Shown in pieces: positions 1 to 8,967 of a DNA stretch of 55,810 nucleotides (positions within the stretch are counted from its first letter, which is position 1; every line of letters begins with the position of its first letter). This stretch comes from a virus (taxonomy: Duplodnaviria; Caudoviricetes): positions 1-55,810 of IMG/VR virus record IMGVR_UViG_3300023184_005760; one strand, written 5' to 3'. Below the pieces are notes generated by a model. It was not told where the DNA came from and did no database searches. It saw only the letters and a list, made by a program, of their open reading frames with translations. Both the position numbers and the translations under genes were made by a program.

Positions 1-1483
1 CCACAACAGGCACGTTGGTATTGGTAATGGTAGCCGTGGCGTTCCAAGCCAAGATACCATTGGGGATATTGCAATCAACCCACATGTAGTAGGTCTCGCT
101 GGCCGCCACAGTGAAACTCTGGGTGCTGTTGCCTGTAGGTACAGTCCAAGTGCTTTGGAATGACGTAGCAACATTAGATAAGGTATTACCATTGCCAAAG
201 AAATTAGCGGCTGTTACATTTCCAGTGGCACTAGCAACACCAGCAGTCAGTAGGTTACCCACTGTGACATTACCGCCTGCACTTATTAGTCCAGTGGTGT
301 TGAAATTTGAACCATATACAGTGCCAGTTGCAGATATATTTAGGGCCGCAAAGATATTACCGCCAGTTGACATTGTTGCGCTGGAAAATACGTTGCTGGC
401 AGTTATGTTACCGGCAGCTGAAACAAGTCCACCAGTTAAAATATTACCATGTATGGCATTACCAGTGCTTGATACAAGGCCTTGATTTAATATGTTACCT
501 GCTGTGGTTATATTACCTGTAGCACTAATTAATCCGCCAGTTATGATATTGCCACCTTGAACATTACCGGTAGCACTTACTGTTCCACCTGTTGATAAGT
601 TGGCACCGGTAATTGTACTAGAAGCACTCACGGCTCCAGCAGTTAAAATATTACCACCTCTTATGTTGCCAGTTGTTGATAACAGTCCAGCAGTTAAAAT
701 ATTACCACCGGTGATATTGCCAGTTACTGATATATTACCACCGGTAAGATTGCCTCTTGCGGCGCCACCCATGTAAGATAAATCTAAATTGCCGCCGGTT
801 ATGTTTCCTGTTGTTGATACAGGGTTAGAACCTAACGCAGCCAAATTGGCCACAACATTGGCGTTGCCATAAGTGCCGCCCAGGCTAACTGCTGTGCCAT
901 TGGCATAGTTAACAGCAAAGGCATTGTTTGGTAGCGTTAAGTTGCCGTTGGCACCAAATGTCCACTGTGCTGTATTACCAGTGCCGTCATTGCTGTTGAT
1001 CACAACGTTGCCGGTGTTGGCCAACTTGACATATAAATTATCACTACCCAAGAACAACTCAGTTTGATACAAGTTGCCACTGGCCAGGTGTATGTGGTCG
1101 CCATCATTGGCTGTTGGGTATACCAACAACTTTTGACCAGTGGTAATACCGGAACCTGCTGGTTGAAGAGTGATTGTATTTCCTGGAGAGCCGCTGGGCG
1201 TGTATGGATTACCGTAAATGATTCCGCCACCGGGCAATCCTAAATTACCAGTGCTGTCAAATGTCCAAGACTGAGCATTGGCCACAACATTTATATTGGC
1301 ACTATTATTCAGGGTTGGAGAATTAATATTGGCGCCGGTGATGTTGCCCGTGCTACTGTTTACATAACTTTGTAAATTGGCCGCTGTCACAGTGTAGTTG
1401 GTACCGGCAGCGACCACAGGTACTATGGTGTTGGCTGTGATGTTGCCTAGGTTGGGCAGTTGACTAAATTTAACGTTGCTCAT
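1..1483 (-). CDS. Tail fibre-like virion protein, truncated by the window edge
   Basis: Not in the ORF track because it runs off the left edge. Read by hand from ATG 1483: MSNVKFSQLPNLGNITANTIVPVV..., Gly/Asn/Thr-rich with repeated GNITGGN(I/L)LTAG-type units. Confidence 0.75.
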   Translation of the reverse strand, partial: MSNVKFSQLPNLGNITANTIVPVVAAGTNYTVTAANLQSYVNSSTGNITGANINSPTLNNSANINVVANAQSWTFDSTGNLGLPGGGIIYGNPYTPSGSPGNTITLQPAGSGITTGQKLLVYPTANDGDHIHLASGNLYQTELFLGSDNLYVKLANTGNVVINSNDGTGNTAQWTFGANGNLTLPNNAFAVNYANGTAVSLGGTYGNANVVANLAALGSNPVSTTGNITGGNLDLSYMGGAARGNLTGGNISVTGNITGGNILTAGLLSTTGNIRGGNILTAGAVSASSTITGANLSTGGTVSATGNVQGGNIITGGLISATGNITTAGNILNQGLVSSTGNAIHGNILTGGLVSAAGNITASNVFSSATMSTGGNIFAALNISATGTVYGSNFNTTGLISAGGNVTVGNLLTAGVASATGNVTAANFFGNGNTLSNVATSFQSTWTVPTGNSTQSFTVAASETYYMWVDCNIPNGILAWNATATITNTNVPVV

Positions 1484-1485
1484 TA

Positions 1486-1629
1486 CTATTCCTCGACAAA
1501 ACTGTCACCTGTTTCTGAGATCATTTGATTGTTGTCCTCTGTTATAAAAAACACAGAGAGATCTATGTCAACGCCGATGTAGACTCCGGTTTCAATGGTG
1601 ATTCCACCTTCTATTACAATTGTTGACAT
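1486..1629 (-). CDS. Small acidic protein (47 aa), probably virion-associated
   Basis: MSTIVIEGGITIETGVYIG...FITEDNNQMISETGDSFVEE; TAAATA at 1649-1654 upstream; stop lies 2 nt before the fibre gene start. Confidence 0.6.
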   Translation of the reverse strand: MSTIVIEGGITIETGVYIGVDIDLSVFFITEDNNQMISETGDSFVEE

Positions 1630-1760
1630 ATATTGGTATCCATTGGGGTATTTATTGTAGAGTTTGAACTCTCGAATGCGGTAATCAGAACTCGCCGGGT
1701 CAGTATTTAGTGACCTGATCTGGCAAAAATAACACTAGGTTATCAGTTGCACACACACCG

Positions 1761-1795
1761 TAAATAGGCATGTCCGAAAGGACTTTTACCAGGAG
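1761..1795 (+). promoter_or_regulatory. Late-type promoter TAAATA, GNRA hairpin and RBS of phoH
   Basis: TAAATA 1761-1766, GTCC-GAAA-GGAC 1772-1783, AGGAG 1791-1795, TTG start 1804. Confidence 0.55.
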
Positions 1796-1803
1796 AATAG
1801 CAC

Positions 1804-2541
1804 TTGAGTAGACAGCGATCAGCGAAAGCACAAAAAAGAATGAATCAGGCAGTAGAAAACACCATCAGCTTTAGTCCAGCACCTAGAACGGCACAGCGCC
1901 GCATAGACTTGATCCCTCGCACACGAAATCAAGAACGCTTGGTCATGGCACTACAAGACCCTGACGCCCACATAGTAGTTACAGTAGGTCCCGCAGGTAC
2001 GGGCAAAACTTATCTAGCCATGCAGGCGGCCGTTAAGGCACTGAAGGAAGGTGATTGTGACAGGATCGTAATGACACGCCCAGCAGTGGGTGTGGAGGGA
2101 GAAAGTCATGGTTTCCTCCCGGGCAACTTGGTTGCCAAAATGGAACCGTGGACTCGTCCTTTACTAGATGTCATGCGCGAATATTATCGTGCCCAGGACA
2201 TTGTAGCCCTTATAGAAGATCAGGTAATTGACATTTCGCCACTCTCAATGATGCGAGGTCGAACCTTTAAAAATTCATGGATTATTGCCGACGAAATGCA
2301 AAACGCAACCCCGGCACAGGCCAAGATGTTGATGACTCGAATAGGGACGAATAGTAAGATTGTAATGACCGGAGACGTAGAACAAACCGACATTAAACAT
2401 GGCAGTAATGCTCTTGTCGATTTGTGCGAAAGGTTACAGAAGGGAGGTGGTGTTGAAGGTCTTGTAGTTTGTCCGTTTGAAAATCGCGACATACAAAGAC
2501 ATCCAATTATTAGTAAAATATTGGAAATTTACAAAGATTGA
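1804..2541 (+). CDS. phoH: PhoH-family ATPase
   Basis: GPAGTGKT, RPAV, GFLPG, MRGRTF, IIADEMQN, GDVEQTD and QRHP motifs. Confidence 0.95.
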   Translation: MSRQRSAKAQKRMNQAVENTISFSPAPRTAQRRIDLIPRTRNQERLVMALQDPDAHIVVTVGPAGTGKTYLAMQAAVKALKEGDCDRIVMTRPAVGVEGESHGFLPGNLVAKMEPWTRPLLDVMREYYRAQDIVALIEDQVIDISPLSMMRGRTFKNSWIIADEMQNATPAQAKMLMTRIGTNSKIVMTGDVEQTDIKHGSNALVDLCERLQKGGGVEGLVVCPFENRDIQRHPIISKILEIYKD

Positions 2542-2593
2542 TAGCATACACTATTAATTAACTCGTCACGAGATATTGAACATTCTCTGCCGT

Positions 2594-2630
2594 TTAGGAG
2601 GTGATAATTTCGTAGATTTCCCGCCAATTT
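2594..2630 (-). repeat. Stranded duplicate of the 3' end of the HAD gene
   Basis: TTCCCGCCAATTT identical at 2618-2630 and 3722-3734; reads NWREIYEIITS* versus NWREAYQLIIDNK*. Confidence 0.7.
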
Positions 2631-2658
2631 AGATAGAGCACTTATCAGTGCTCTATCT
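2631..2658. repeat. 12-bp perfect inverted repeat over the radical SAM stop codon
   Basis: AGATAGAGCACT-TATC-AGTGCTCTATCT. Confidence 0.8.
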
Positions 2659-3688
2659 TTTTTAAATTGTTAGATAAGTCTGCCGAAACAGTTATTTTGT
2701 TTTGGTATTGATTTCGAACTTGTTGCAGACTCTGTAACACTTGATGATAGGTTTCGCTTGATCTATTCATCACATTGTTTTCACGCCACCAGATGGGCGT
2801 CCAATGTCCCCAGTCCAGTAGATTGCTGTAGTACACTGATGCGCTGTACTGATTGGCAAGTTCTGCAAACTGCACAATTTCATGCCAATTGTTTTTTTGT
2901 ACAACAAAGTTTAATTTCATTGGACGTTTCAGCGAGTGAATGTATTCCAATCCCTGCTGTAGTATTTGCCAGTCTGCGCCTCTAACTGTTCGATATGTGT
3001 CAGCACTGGCAGCATCAATGCTGATTGACCAGGATCCTATTAGATGTTTGATATGGTGAATGAGATCTTTGTTTTTTGCTATCAGTGTGCCGTTGGTGGT
3101 AAGTTTTAGTTGCAAATTCAAATGCGGGTAATCCCGCAAGGATTCCAAAAAATTTATTGCACTGTGACTGGCAAAGATTTCTCCGCTGGTCATCGGGGCA
3201 ATTTCAATTGGGTTATAGGGATTGGTCAGACCCCATTGGCGGATCTCTTGATACAACTCAATTTGTTTTTGTATTTTTTCTGAGTTCTTTTCAATGATCA
3301 CTGTTTCCCTGCAACTGGCACATTTGAGATTACAACTCAAGTCAAGATTCATGTGTATTGTCTTGGGGAACAGTTTTACTTGGGGTATTTTGGCTGGGCG
3401 ATTGGGCAGTGTAGATAATTTTGAACAGTCCCAACTACAGTAGGTAAAGTTGCCGTCGACCACAGCTTGCCTTACCAGGTCAGCTTGATGATTGAGCCAA
3501 ATGCTCTGTAGGGAATTTTCAAACACATTGCCAATGGTATACGGCATGTGCAATTGACAGTCACACAATTGCACATCGCCATCATTGTCGATTTGTAAAC
3601 TGCTAAATGGTGTTGAACAAAACTTGTCCTGGTAAATGGGTTTTTTAACAGGAACGTATTTGTAGAATTTCAGCGTGTCTGCATGCAT
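2645..3688 (-). CDS. Radical SAM protein with N-terminal SPASM/twitch-like Fe-S domain
   Basis: CNLKCASC, GE and TNGT motifs; N-terminal CSTPF...GDVQLCDC...IGN...SIW. Confidence 0.85.
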   Translation of the reverse strand: MHADTLKFYKYVPVKKPIYQDKFCSTPFSSLQIDNDGDVQLCDCQLHMPYTIGNVFENSLQSIWLNHQADLVRQAVVDGNFTYCSWDCSKLSTLPNRPAKIPQVKLFPKTIHMNLDLSCNLKCASCRETVIIEKNSEKIQKQIELYQEIRQWGLTNPYNPIEIAPMTSGEIFASHSAINFLESLRDYPHLNLQLKLTTNGTLIAKNKDLIHHIKHLIGSWSISIDAASADTYRTVRGADWQILQQGLEYIHSLKRPMKLNFVVQKNNWHEIVQFAELANQYSASVYYSNLLDWGHWTPIWWRENNVMNRSSETYHQVLQSLQQVRNQYQNKITVSADLSNNLKKIEH

Positions 3689-3691
3689 TCA

Positions 3692-4315
3692 TTACTTATT
3701 GTCTATTATTAATTGGTAGGCTTCCCGCCAATTTTTGACTACCGGAATTTGCTCGTTGGCATGACTCATATTATGACCATGTTCCATTAGGATACTTTTT
3801 AAACCAAGTTCGTGTCCAACTTCAGCATTTTCCGGTTTGTCTTCTACCCACCAGCATCCTGAGTCTCTGTAAGGCTCCAGTGCTTGATTCTTGTCAGCAC
3901 CAGTTTCCAAACAAACAATCAGTTCAAAAGCAGTCTTACCAAACAGTTTGGCGAGATTCATTTCACGCAGACGTTGTGCATTGACATCGGAACTTAGACT
4001 GGTAATACAGTGAAATACATAACCGTGTTCTTCATGCAGTCGTTTCACATAGTACATGGCATCACGCAAGGGCGGCAAGAAACCAATGGCAGCCGATTCG
4101 TTAAACAGTTTGATTAACTTACGACCTTGATCCTTTGATATGCCATAACGCTCACCAATATCGTACACAAAATCAGATCCGGGTTGTTTTTCGTGTCCGT
4201 GTTGCTCCATCCAGATGGCAAAGGCGTACTCCCAGTTCAATAATACGCCATCGGCATCAACTAGGATCAACTGGTTCGGGTTGTACTTGTGTTTTGGGTT
4301 CTTCTGGTTTGACAA
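3692..4315 (-). CDS. HAD-superfamily phosphatase (5'-nucleotidase-like)
   Basis: LVDADGVLLNW motif I and WVEDKPEN motif IV. Confidence 0.8.
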   Translation of the reverse strand: MSNQKNPKHKYNPNQLILVDADGVLLNWEYAFAIWMEQHGHEKQPGSDFVYDIGERYGISKDQGRKLIKLFNESAAIGFLPPLRDAMYYVKRLHEEHGYVFHCITSLSSDVNAQRLREMNLAKLFGKTAFELIVCLETGADKNQALEPYRDSGCWWVEDKPENAEVGHELGLKSILMEHGHNMSHANEQIPVVKNWREAYQLIIDNK

Positions 4316-4568
4316 TTTCGTATCCGTTCTCTTTGAATAACCGTGTTATGGTCGATTCGTAGTGTTGGTGGTAGTATTCCACAATGCGGTTGAAGTCTCT
4401 AGGAACTGTTACTCCGCTCATGCTACATTTTAACACAGAGAGTGTTCGAAAGTCAAGTATTACATTTGCCGTTTGATGATCGCGACTCTTTAAACTTTTG
4501 GCCACAGCCATCACTTCGTCAATTTGGCCCGTGGCCTTTTGGTAGTAGGTTAGGATTAGGTATCTCAT
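4257..4568 (-). CDS. Hypothetical phage protein
   Basis: 103 aa ORF coupled to its neighbours. Confidence 0.6.
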   Translation of the reverse strand: MRYLILTYYQKATGQIDEVMAVAKSLKSRDHQTANVILDFRTLSVLKCSMSGVTVPRDFNRIVEYYHQHYESTITRLFKENGYEIVKPEEPKTQVQPEPVDPS

Positions 4569-5203
4569 TAGATGTTTCTTTTTAGTATAGAATATGCTAT
4601 CAATTTATGACTTTTGGGCCCGAATGTATTTTTATTTGCTTCAATACTTGAGTCAATGTGGTACTTGTTGTGTATCAAACACTCGGGCAAGTCTACTGGA
4701 TAACTGTTTTCATCCCAGTACAAAAAATCGTGCGGGGTTGATTTTAATACCTGCTGAATTTCTAAATTAAATCGATTGAATTCAGAAATCACAACATTGT
4801 TGGAATTGTTAAAATTCATATGATTGCCATTCCAAAAACGATTGAGATTGTTGATTTGAAAAATCACCCGTCGGGGTGTGATCACAGATAATATCTGTTT
4901 AAGTAGCAACAATTGATCTGCATTGGTATGACCATAGCAACCCCAGGAAAAGTTATAAACTTTGCATTTTAATATGTTGGCAATAATTCCAGCAAATGAC
5001 TGCTCTATTTCTAGTCCCAGCCCGAATGATATGGTATTACCTAGTATTATTATTGGACCATCACAATCATCAAATTCTATGTTTGATCGGTACCCTAAAC
5101 TGTTGAAATGATAATTGGTATTGTTTTTGTTATCGTAGCCAAATTTGGTCACAGTTTGGTTGCGCAAACAATACATGTGATCAGGAGCGACTGGCAATGG
5201 CAT
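4568..5203 (-). CDS. SGNH/GDSL-like protein
   Basis: FNSLGYRS...IIILGNTISFGLG...VYNFSWG...FGPKSH resembles the SGNH blocks; nucleophile position is Thr. Confidence 0.55.
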   Translation of the reverse strand: MPLPVAPDHMYCLRNQTVTKFGYDNKNNTNYHFNSLGYRSNIEFDDCDGPIIILGNTISFGLGLEIEQSFAGIIANILKCKVYNFSWGCYGHTNADQLLLLKQILSVITPRRVIFQINNLNRFWNGNHMNFNNSNNVVISEFNRFNLEIQQVLKSTPHDFLYWDENSYPVDLPECLIHNKYHIDSSIEANKNTFGPKSHKLIAYSILKRNI

Positions 5204-5390
5204 CTGTCAGATCTTTCACAGTTGCAAACCACACATCTGAAATATTAATATCAATATGGAATTGTTTGTTTACAAAATCCACGGTCATGGCCTCATCAAA
5301 TATGTCAAAATTTAAATTGCCAAAAACAGTTGCCAAAGTTAGATCACTGTTGGTATAATTTTTTAGCCAGTCTATTAGAATCTTTTCCAT
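5181..5390 (-). CDS. Acyl carrier protein-like protein lacking the conserved Ser
   Basis: 69 aa, acidic; LNFDIFDEAMTV...QFHIDI...FATVKDL aligns by eye with ACP LGxDSLDxxEL...EFxIEI...xTVxD. Confidence 0.55.
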   Translation of the reverse strand: MEKILIDWLKNYTNSDLTLATVFGNLNFDIFDEAMTVDFVNKQFHIDINISDVWFATVKDLTDAIASRS

Positions 5391-6079
5391 TGCTTGCTGT
5401 TGTAGGTGTCAATTAGTTCAGTGAATTTGTCTTGAGACATTGCGGTTATATTCAGATATCCGCACATGTTGGTATACACATTGAAATTTTTTTCTAGCAG
5501 TTTGTCTACTTCAACTTGATAAGGTGGTATTTTCATTTGTGCCGCCAACTGTTTCCAACTTATAACTTCGTGATTCAAGTTATTTACTAGTAACTTTCTT
5601 TTGATTCGATTATTAATCTTGACTGTGGTCGGGCTATTGATCAATTTGTTCAACTGTTGTTGATAAAATTTGTCACCCTGGGCTCGGTATACTTTTTCAT
5701 AGGCCCATCTTTCGGGCACGTATTTATTTGCGTGTGTGAGGTATAGTACTCGTAAATTTTCAATGAAAGAAAGTTTGTAGGCTATGTTTGGATGACATCT
5801 AAATAAGATCAGTTTATCATCCAACAAGGCTTGTTTGGTATTTTTAGGAATATAAGAATCCCAGTTTTCTTGGTCAACGTCCAATGAATTCCAATAATCG
5901 TGCAGGCCGTGAAACCAGTGCTCATTGTTTTCATGAGCAGTACTGTCACCAAATGATATTCGATCAAGCGGTTTGTATTGATTGACTTCGGGACTCAATG
6001 CCGCCAGTATGTAAATTAAACTTCCACAATATCCAGTTTTGTATGCAATGGCCACCAAATTGTTTTTGGGCAAAAACAT
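5375..6079 (-). CDS. Hypothetical protein, possibly a sulfotransferase-like P-loop fold
   Basis: N-terminal IAYKTGYCGSLI loop and C-terminal YTNMCGYLNI segment; AT-rich. Confidence 0.4.
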   Translation of the reverse strand: MFLPKNNLVAIAYKTGYCGSLIYILAALSPEVNQYKPLDRISFGDSTAHENNEHWFHGLHDYWNSLDVDQENWDSYIPKNTKQALLDDKLILFRCHPNIAYKLSFIENLRVLYLTHANKYVPERWAYEKVYRAQGDKFYQQQLNKLINSPTTVKINNRIKRKLLVNNLNHEVISWKQLAAQMKIPPYQVEVDKLLEKNFNVYTNMCGYLNITAMSQDKFTELIDTYNSKQWKRF

Positions 6080-6087
6080 AATTTTGC

Positions 6088-7011
6088 CTAGTTGATTTGA
6101 CCTAATTCAATCAGGGTGGCACTCAAGTTGATTTCCTGATCAGCCACCAAGGGTATCTTGGCAATGCCATCACGTATGATCACAATGGCCTGATCCTGTT
6201 GTTCAGGTGTGCGGCCCCACAAGTCCAAGTTGTCGTACATCCAGGTGAATATTTCATTGGCTTCTTCGGGAGTGGCATTTTGACACATGAGTGTTCGAGC
6301 TTCTCTAACCCGTCCTTGTTTGAACAAGTCCACACAGTCCAGACGCCAGTCGCCCATGCTCTTGTCTGCCTCCGAAGGAGCAATCAATTGACCTGACTGA
6401 CTGTTGGGTTGCAACAGATTCAGGCACTTGCGCAGGTCTGGGTATGTGGCCTTAACATAGGTATCCAACACATCTAGGTCAAATTCCACACCTTCGCTCA
6501 CCAACACTGTGGCCGCCCGGGCGGTGAACTCGGTATGATCAGTTTTGTTGATTTGCAATTTTTGACAGCGTGAATGCAAGGGTGGAATTATCTTTGAAGG
6601 ATAGTTGCAGGTGAGAATAAATCTCACTGTTTGACTGTAGTCTTCCATCAAGTTGCGCAAGGCTGGTTGTACCGAGTTTGGGTTCATGTAGTCTGCTTCG
6701 TCAATCAGCACAATCTTTAACGTACCAAATGGCATGGTTTGACAAAAACTAATTAATTTATCCACCCACTCGACCTTGCGAGCCTCTTTGGAACCATTGG
6801 CATACATCACATCATACTCATCCACGTCCAGTTCCGAGATCAACATCTTGGCCAAGGTTGTTTTGCCTGTGCCTGCAGAACCCGAAAACATCAGGTGTGG
6901 AATTGATCCATCGCGGATCCATTGTGTCACTTGTTCACGTTGTGCGTTGTCCACAAACACATAACCGTCTACAGTTCGAGGACGGTACTTTTCTACCCAT
7001 AGTTCTTTCAT
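6088..7011 (-). CDS. Clamp loader subunit (RFC / T4 gp44-like AAA+ ATPase)
   Basis: LWVEKYRP, GSAGTGKTT, LIDEAD, RFILTCN and HSRC motifs; start moved to MKELW at 7011. Confidence 0.93.
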   Translation of the reverse strand: MKELWVEKYRPRTVDGYVFVDNAQREQVTQWIRDGSIPHLMFSGSAGTGKTTLAKMLISELDVDEYDVMYANGSKEARKVEWVDKLISFCQTMPFGTLKIVLIDEADYMNPNSVQPALRNLMEDYSQTVRFILTCNYPSKIIPPLHSRCQKLQINKTDHTEFTARAATVLVSEGVEFDLDVLDTYVKATYPDLRKCLNLLQPNSQSGQLIAPSEADKSMGDWRLDCVDLFKQGRVREARTLMCQNATPEEANEIFTWMYDNLDLWGRTPEQQDQAIVIIRDGIAKIPLVADQEINLSATLIELGQIN

Positions 7012-7238
7012 TTTTGCAATGCCTTCCAGACTTTTTGTTTTTCCAATTGTTCCAACCATTCCTCTTCGCCGGCGAATCCCGAGGTGTTCTTCAACATCTC
7101 GTCCACAGCAAATTTTACACGATATAAGTCTTGTTTGCAAGGCCAGTTGTTCCAACCTGTCTCATATGGGTCTGTAGCTCCGTAGTACATTTTTTGACAT
7201 TCACCAATCACCCGGTCAACATTCCAGTCAATGATCAT
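7008..7238 (-). CDS. Hypothetical phage protein
   Basis: 76 aa ORF overlapping both neighbours by 1-4 nt. Confidence 0.6.
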   Translation of the reverse strand: MIIDWNVDRVIGECQKMYYGATDPYETGWNNWPCKQDLYRVKFAVDEMLKNTSGFAGEEEWLEQLEKQKVWKALQK

Positions 7239-7609
7239 TAGGCCGGTACCGCATCTGAGAATGTCAAATCATCGGGCTGATCATCTGCTGACATTAGTAT
7301 GTCTTTGGGATCAACTCGGCGCAGGGTATGCTTGCCAGTTTCGTCTTCTACGTCAATACCACGTGTCCAACGTCCGTGTGCCACACAAACCCATTCACCC
7401 ACACGCACATCCTTTTGTTCAGGGCCCACTGCATACACCTGGCCCCAGCGAGGTCTAATACCTTCACTCTTGCCGTTGTCATTGAGCAACACAATGCCAC
7501 TCTTGGTAAAGCGTTGATCAAAGATCATTTCGCCCACAATCACCACATCATTGAGTGGTCGGATTTGATCACGAGTGAACCGGTGTGCTTCAAACGCTGA
7601 TTTGGTCAT
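7238..7609 (-). CDS. groES: GroES-like co-chaperonin
   Basis: IRPLNDVVIV...TKSGIVL...GQVYAVGP...VRVGE. Confidence 0.85.
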   Translation of the reverse strand: MTKSAFEAHRFTRDQIRPLNDVVIVGEMIFDQRFTKSGIVLLNDNGKSEGIRPRWGQVYAVGPEQKDVRVGEWVCVAHGRWTRGIDVEDETGKHTLRRVDPKDILMSADDQPDDLTFSDAVPA

Positions 7610-7836
7610 ATATCACCCTGGTTGATTGAGCCGGGACGTGGTGTAGTAACCTGGCGTTTGTACTCTGATTTAACTTGTTCGTTTCTGGTACGAATTACTT
7701 CATTGGCATCATTGATCACATCGCCGCGAGCATTCACACGCATGTTGCCTACTGCGCGAACTTGTTCATTTTGCAGTCGTAATGCACCCATGTCCACGGC
7801 TTTGCCATTGGCTGATCTATATACTTCATTTGTCAT
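7606..7836 (-). CDS. Hypothetical phage protein
   Basis: AAGGAG RBS and TAAATA upstream; AVGNMRVNARGD. Confidence 0.7.
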   Translation of the reverse strand: MTNEVYRSANGKAVDMGALRLQNEQVRAVGNMRVNARGDVINDANEVIRTRNEQVKSEYKRQVTTPRPGSINQGDI

Positions 7837-7859
7837 TGCTGTCTCCTTAAAAATAATAT

Positions 7860-8378
7860 TTAACGCAAAAACTCTTCTGCGTCTAAATCATAATACATTG
7901 AATCTATTCGGTGTACTCCCAATAGATATAACACATAACTGGCCACACTGGATCCACGGCCCACACCCCAAATCACACAATTGTCACACATGACATCCAC
8001 AAGATATTTCAAGTAACGTAGCAAATCAAACAGACCACGTTCTTGATATAGCAACAGTTCTTGGCCCACACGCTGTAGTTTTTCTGGTGTGTCACACATG
8101 GCAACCACATGTTCAGCAATGTCCAATGTTTGATACTGCTGGGGCATGTGCCAGCGGCGTTGTTGCAGGCTGTCCCAGTCAGGTACACCGATGTCACTGT
8201 TATGGGGGAATGTCCATAGCACCAACTGCCCGGGATCTTCCAGCAGTTTAATTGCTGATTCGATGTTGACCGAATGATCAATTACACACGTCATCTGCGT
8301 GAGATCTCGACCCTGCATGATCAAATCACACAGGTCAGTTTCATCCAGTATTATTTCTCCGTATTGATTATTTTTCAT
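7860..8378 (-). CDS. dnaE: DNA polymerase III alpha (family C) fragment
   Basis: RVGQEL...GVGRGSSVASYVLYLLGVHRIDSMYYDLDAEEFLR matches DnaE GPGRGSxAGSLVAYxLxITxxDPxxxxLxFERFL; stops before the catalytic DxD. Confidence 0.85.
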   Translation of the reverse strand: MKNNQYGEIILDETDLCDLIMQGRDLTQMTCVIDHSVNIESAIKLLEDPGQLVLWTFPHNSDIGVPDWDSLQQRRWHMPQQYQTLDIAEHVVAMCDTPEKLQRVGQELLLYQERGLFDLLRYLKYLVDVMCDNCVIWGVGRGSSVASYVLYLLGVHRIDSMYYDLDAEEFLR

Positions 8379-8967
8379 TTCGTGGAAAATTTGCAAACAC
8401 CACTGTGTTGTCGCTGGCAAGTGCAGTGTTCTCGGGCCACTCTAGATTCAATTCGTACCAGCCAGTTGACATTACTTTGACAATGTTGCCAGGTGCAGAC
8501 TCATGCTCTACACTTTCATGTTGCATACTGGCTTGATGCCACCAACCTTCCCCTGCAAACGGGCCCGACAGGTCTTCTTCATCGTGCTGATACCAAACTG
8601 AGTCACCCAGTGTGCTGGAAAGGTCTAGACTGGTCACTACCATACGCTCTTCCATCACAGCATTGAGTTTGTAGTATAACATCATGCCAATGATCTGGTC
8701 AACTGGTTCTTCGGGCAAGGTGGTAACACGGATACCCATCAACTGCATCATCTCGGCCCGTTCCTGATTGGCCTGATTTATAAAAACTGAACTTTCCAGT
8801 GCGCCATGCACAAATGCCTTGGCTCGATCCAGGGCAATATTGGTGCTGGCTGAGTCTTTGGTTTTGGTCAACAAGTTAAGGCTCACAGTATATCTGTTCA
8901 TTTGCAGTTGATCTTCGTAGTAGACTCCTGCAAGAAAGTCTAGGTCGTATTGTAGTCTAACGTTCAT
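8368..8967 (-). CDS. Hypothetical phage protein coupled to the dnaE fragment
   Basis: 199 aa ORF overlapping the dnaE fragment start. Confidence 0.7.
   Translation of the reverse strand: MNVRLQYDLDFLAGVYYEDQLQMNRYTVSLNLLTKTKDSASTNIALDRAKAFVHGALESSVFINQANQERAEMMQLMGIRVTTLPEEPVDQIIGMMLYYKLNAVMEERMVVTSLDLSSTLGDSVWYQHDEEDLSGPFAGEGWWHQASMQHESVEHESAPGNIVKVMSTGWYELNLEWPENTALASDNTVVFANFPRNEK

Noticed and set aside
111-485. Plus-strand 124-aa ORF and similar ORFs at 15201, 16113 and 17172
   Set aside because: Antisense shadows of repetitive Gly/Thr/Ala-rich fibre genes.
2560-2596. Possible stranded duplicate of the phoH 3' end (RHEILNIL)
   Set aside because: Only vague peptide similarity and no convincing nucleotide repeat.
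7860-8378. dnaE fragment as a pseudogene or split intein
   Set aside because: The ORF is clean and coupled to its upstream gene, and has no intein N-terminal motif at the break. Treated as a split gene instead.
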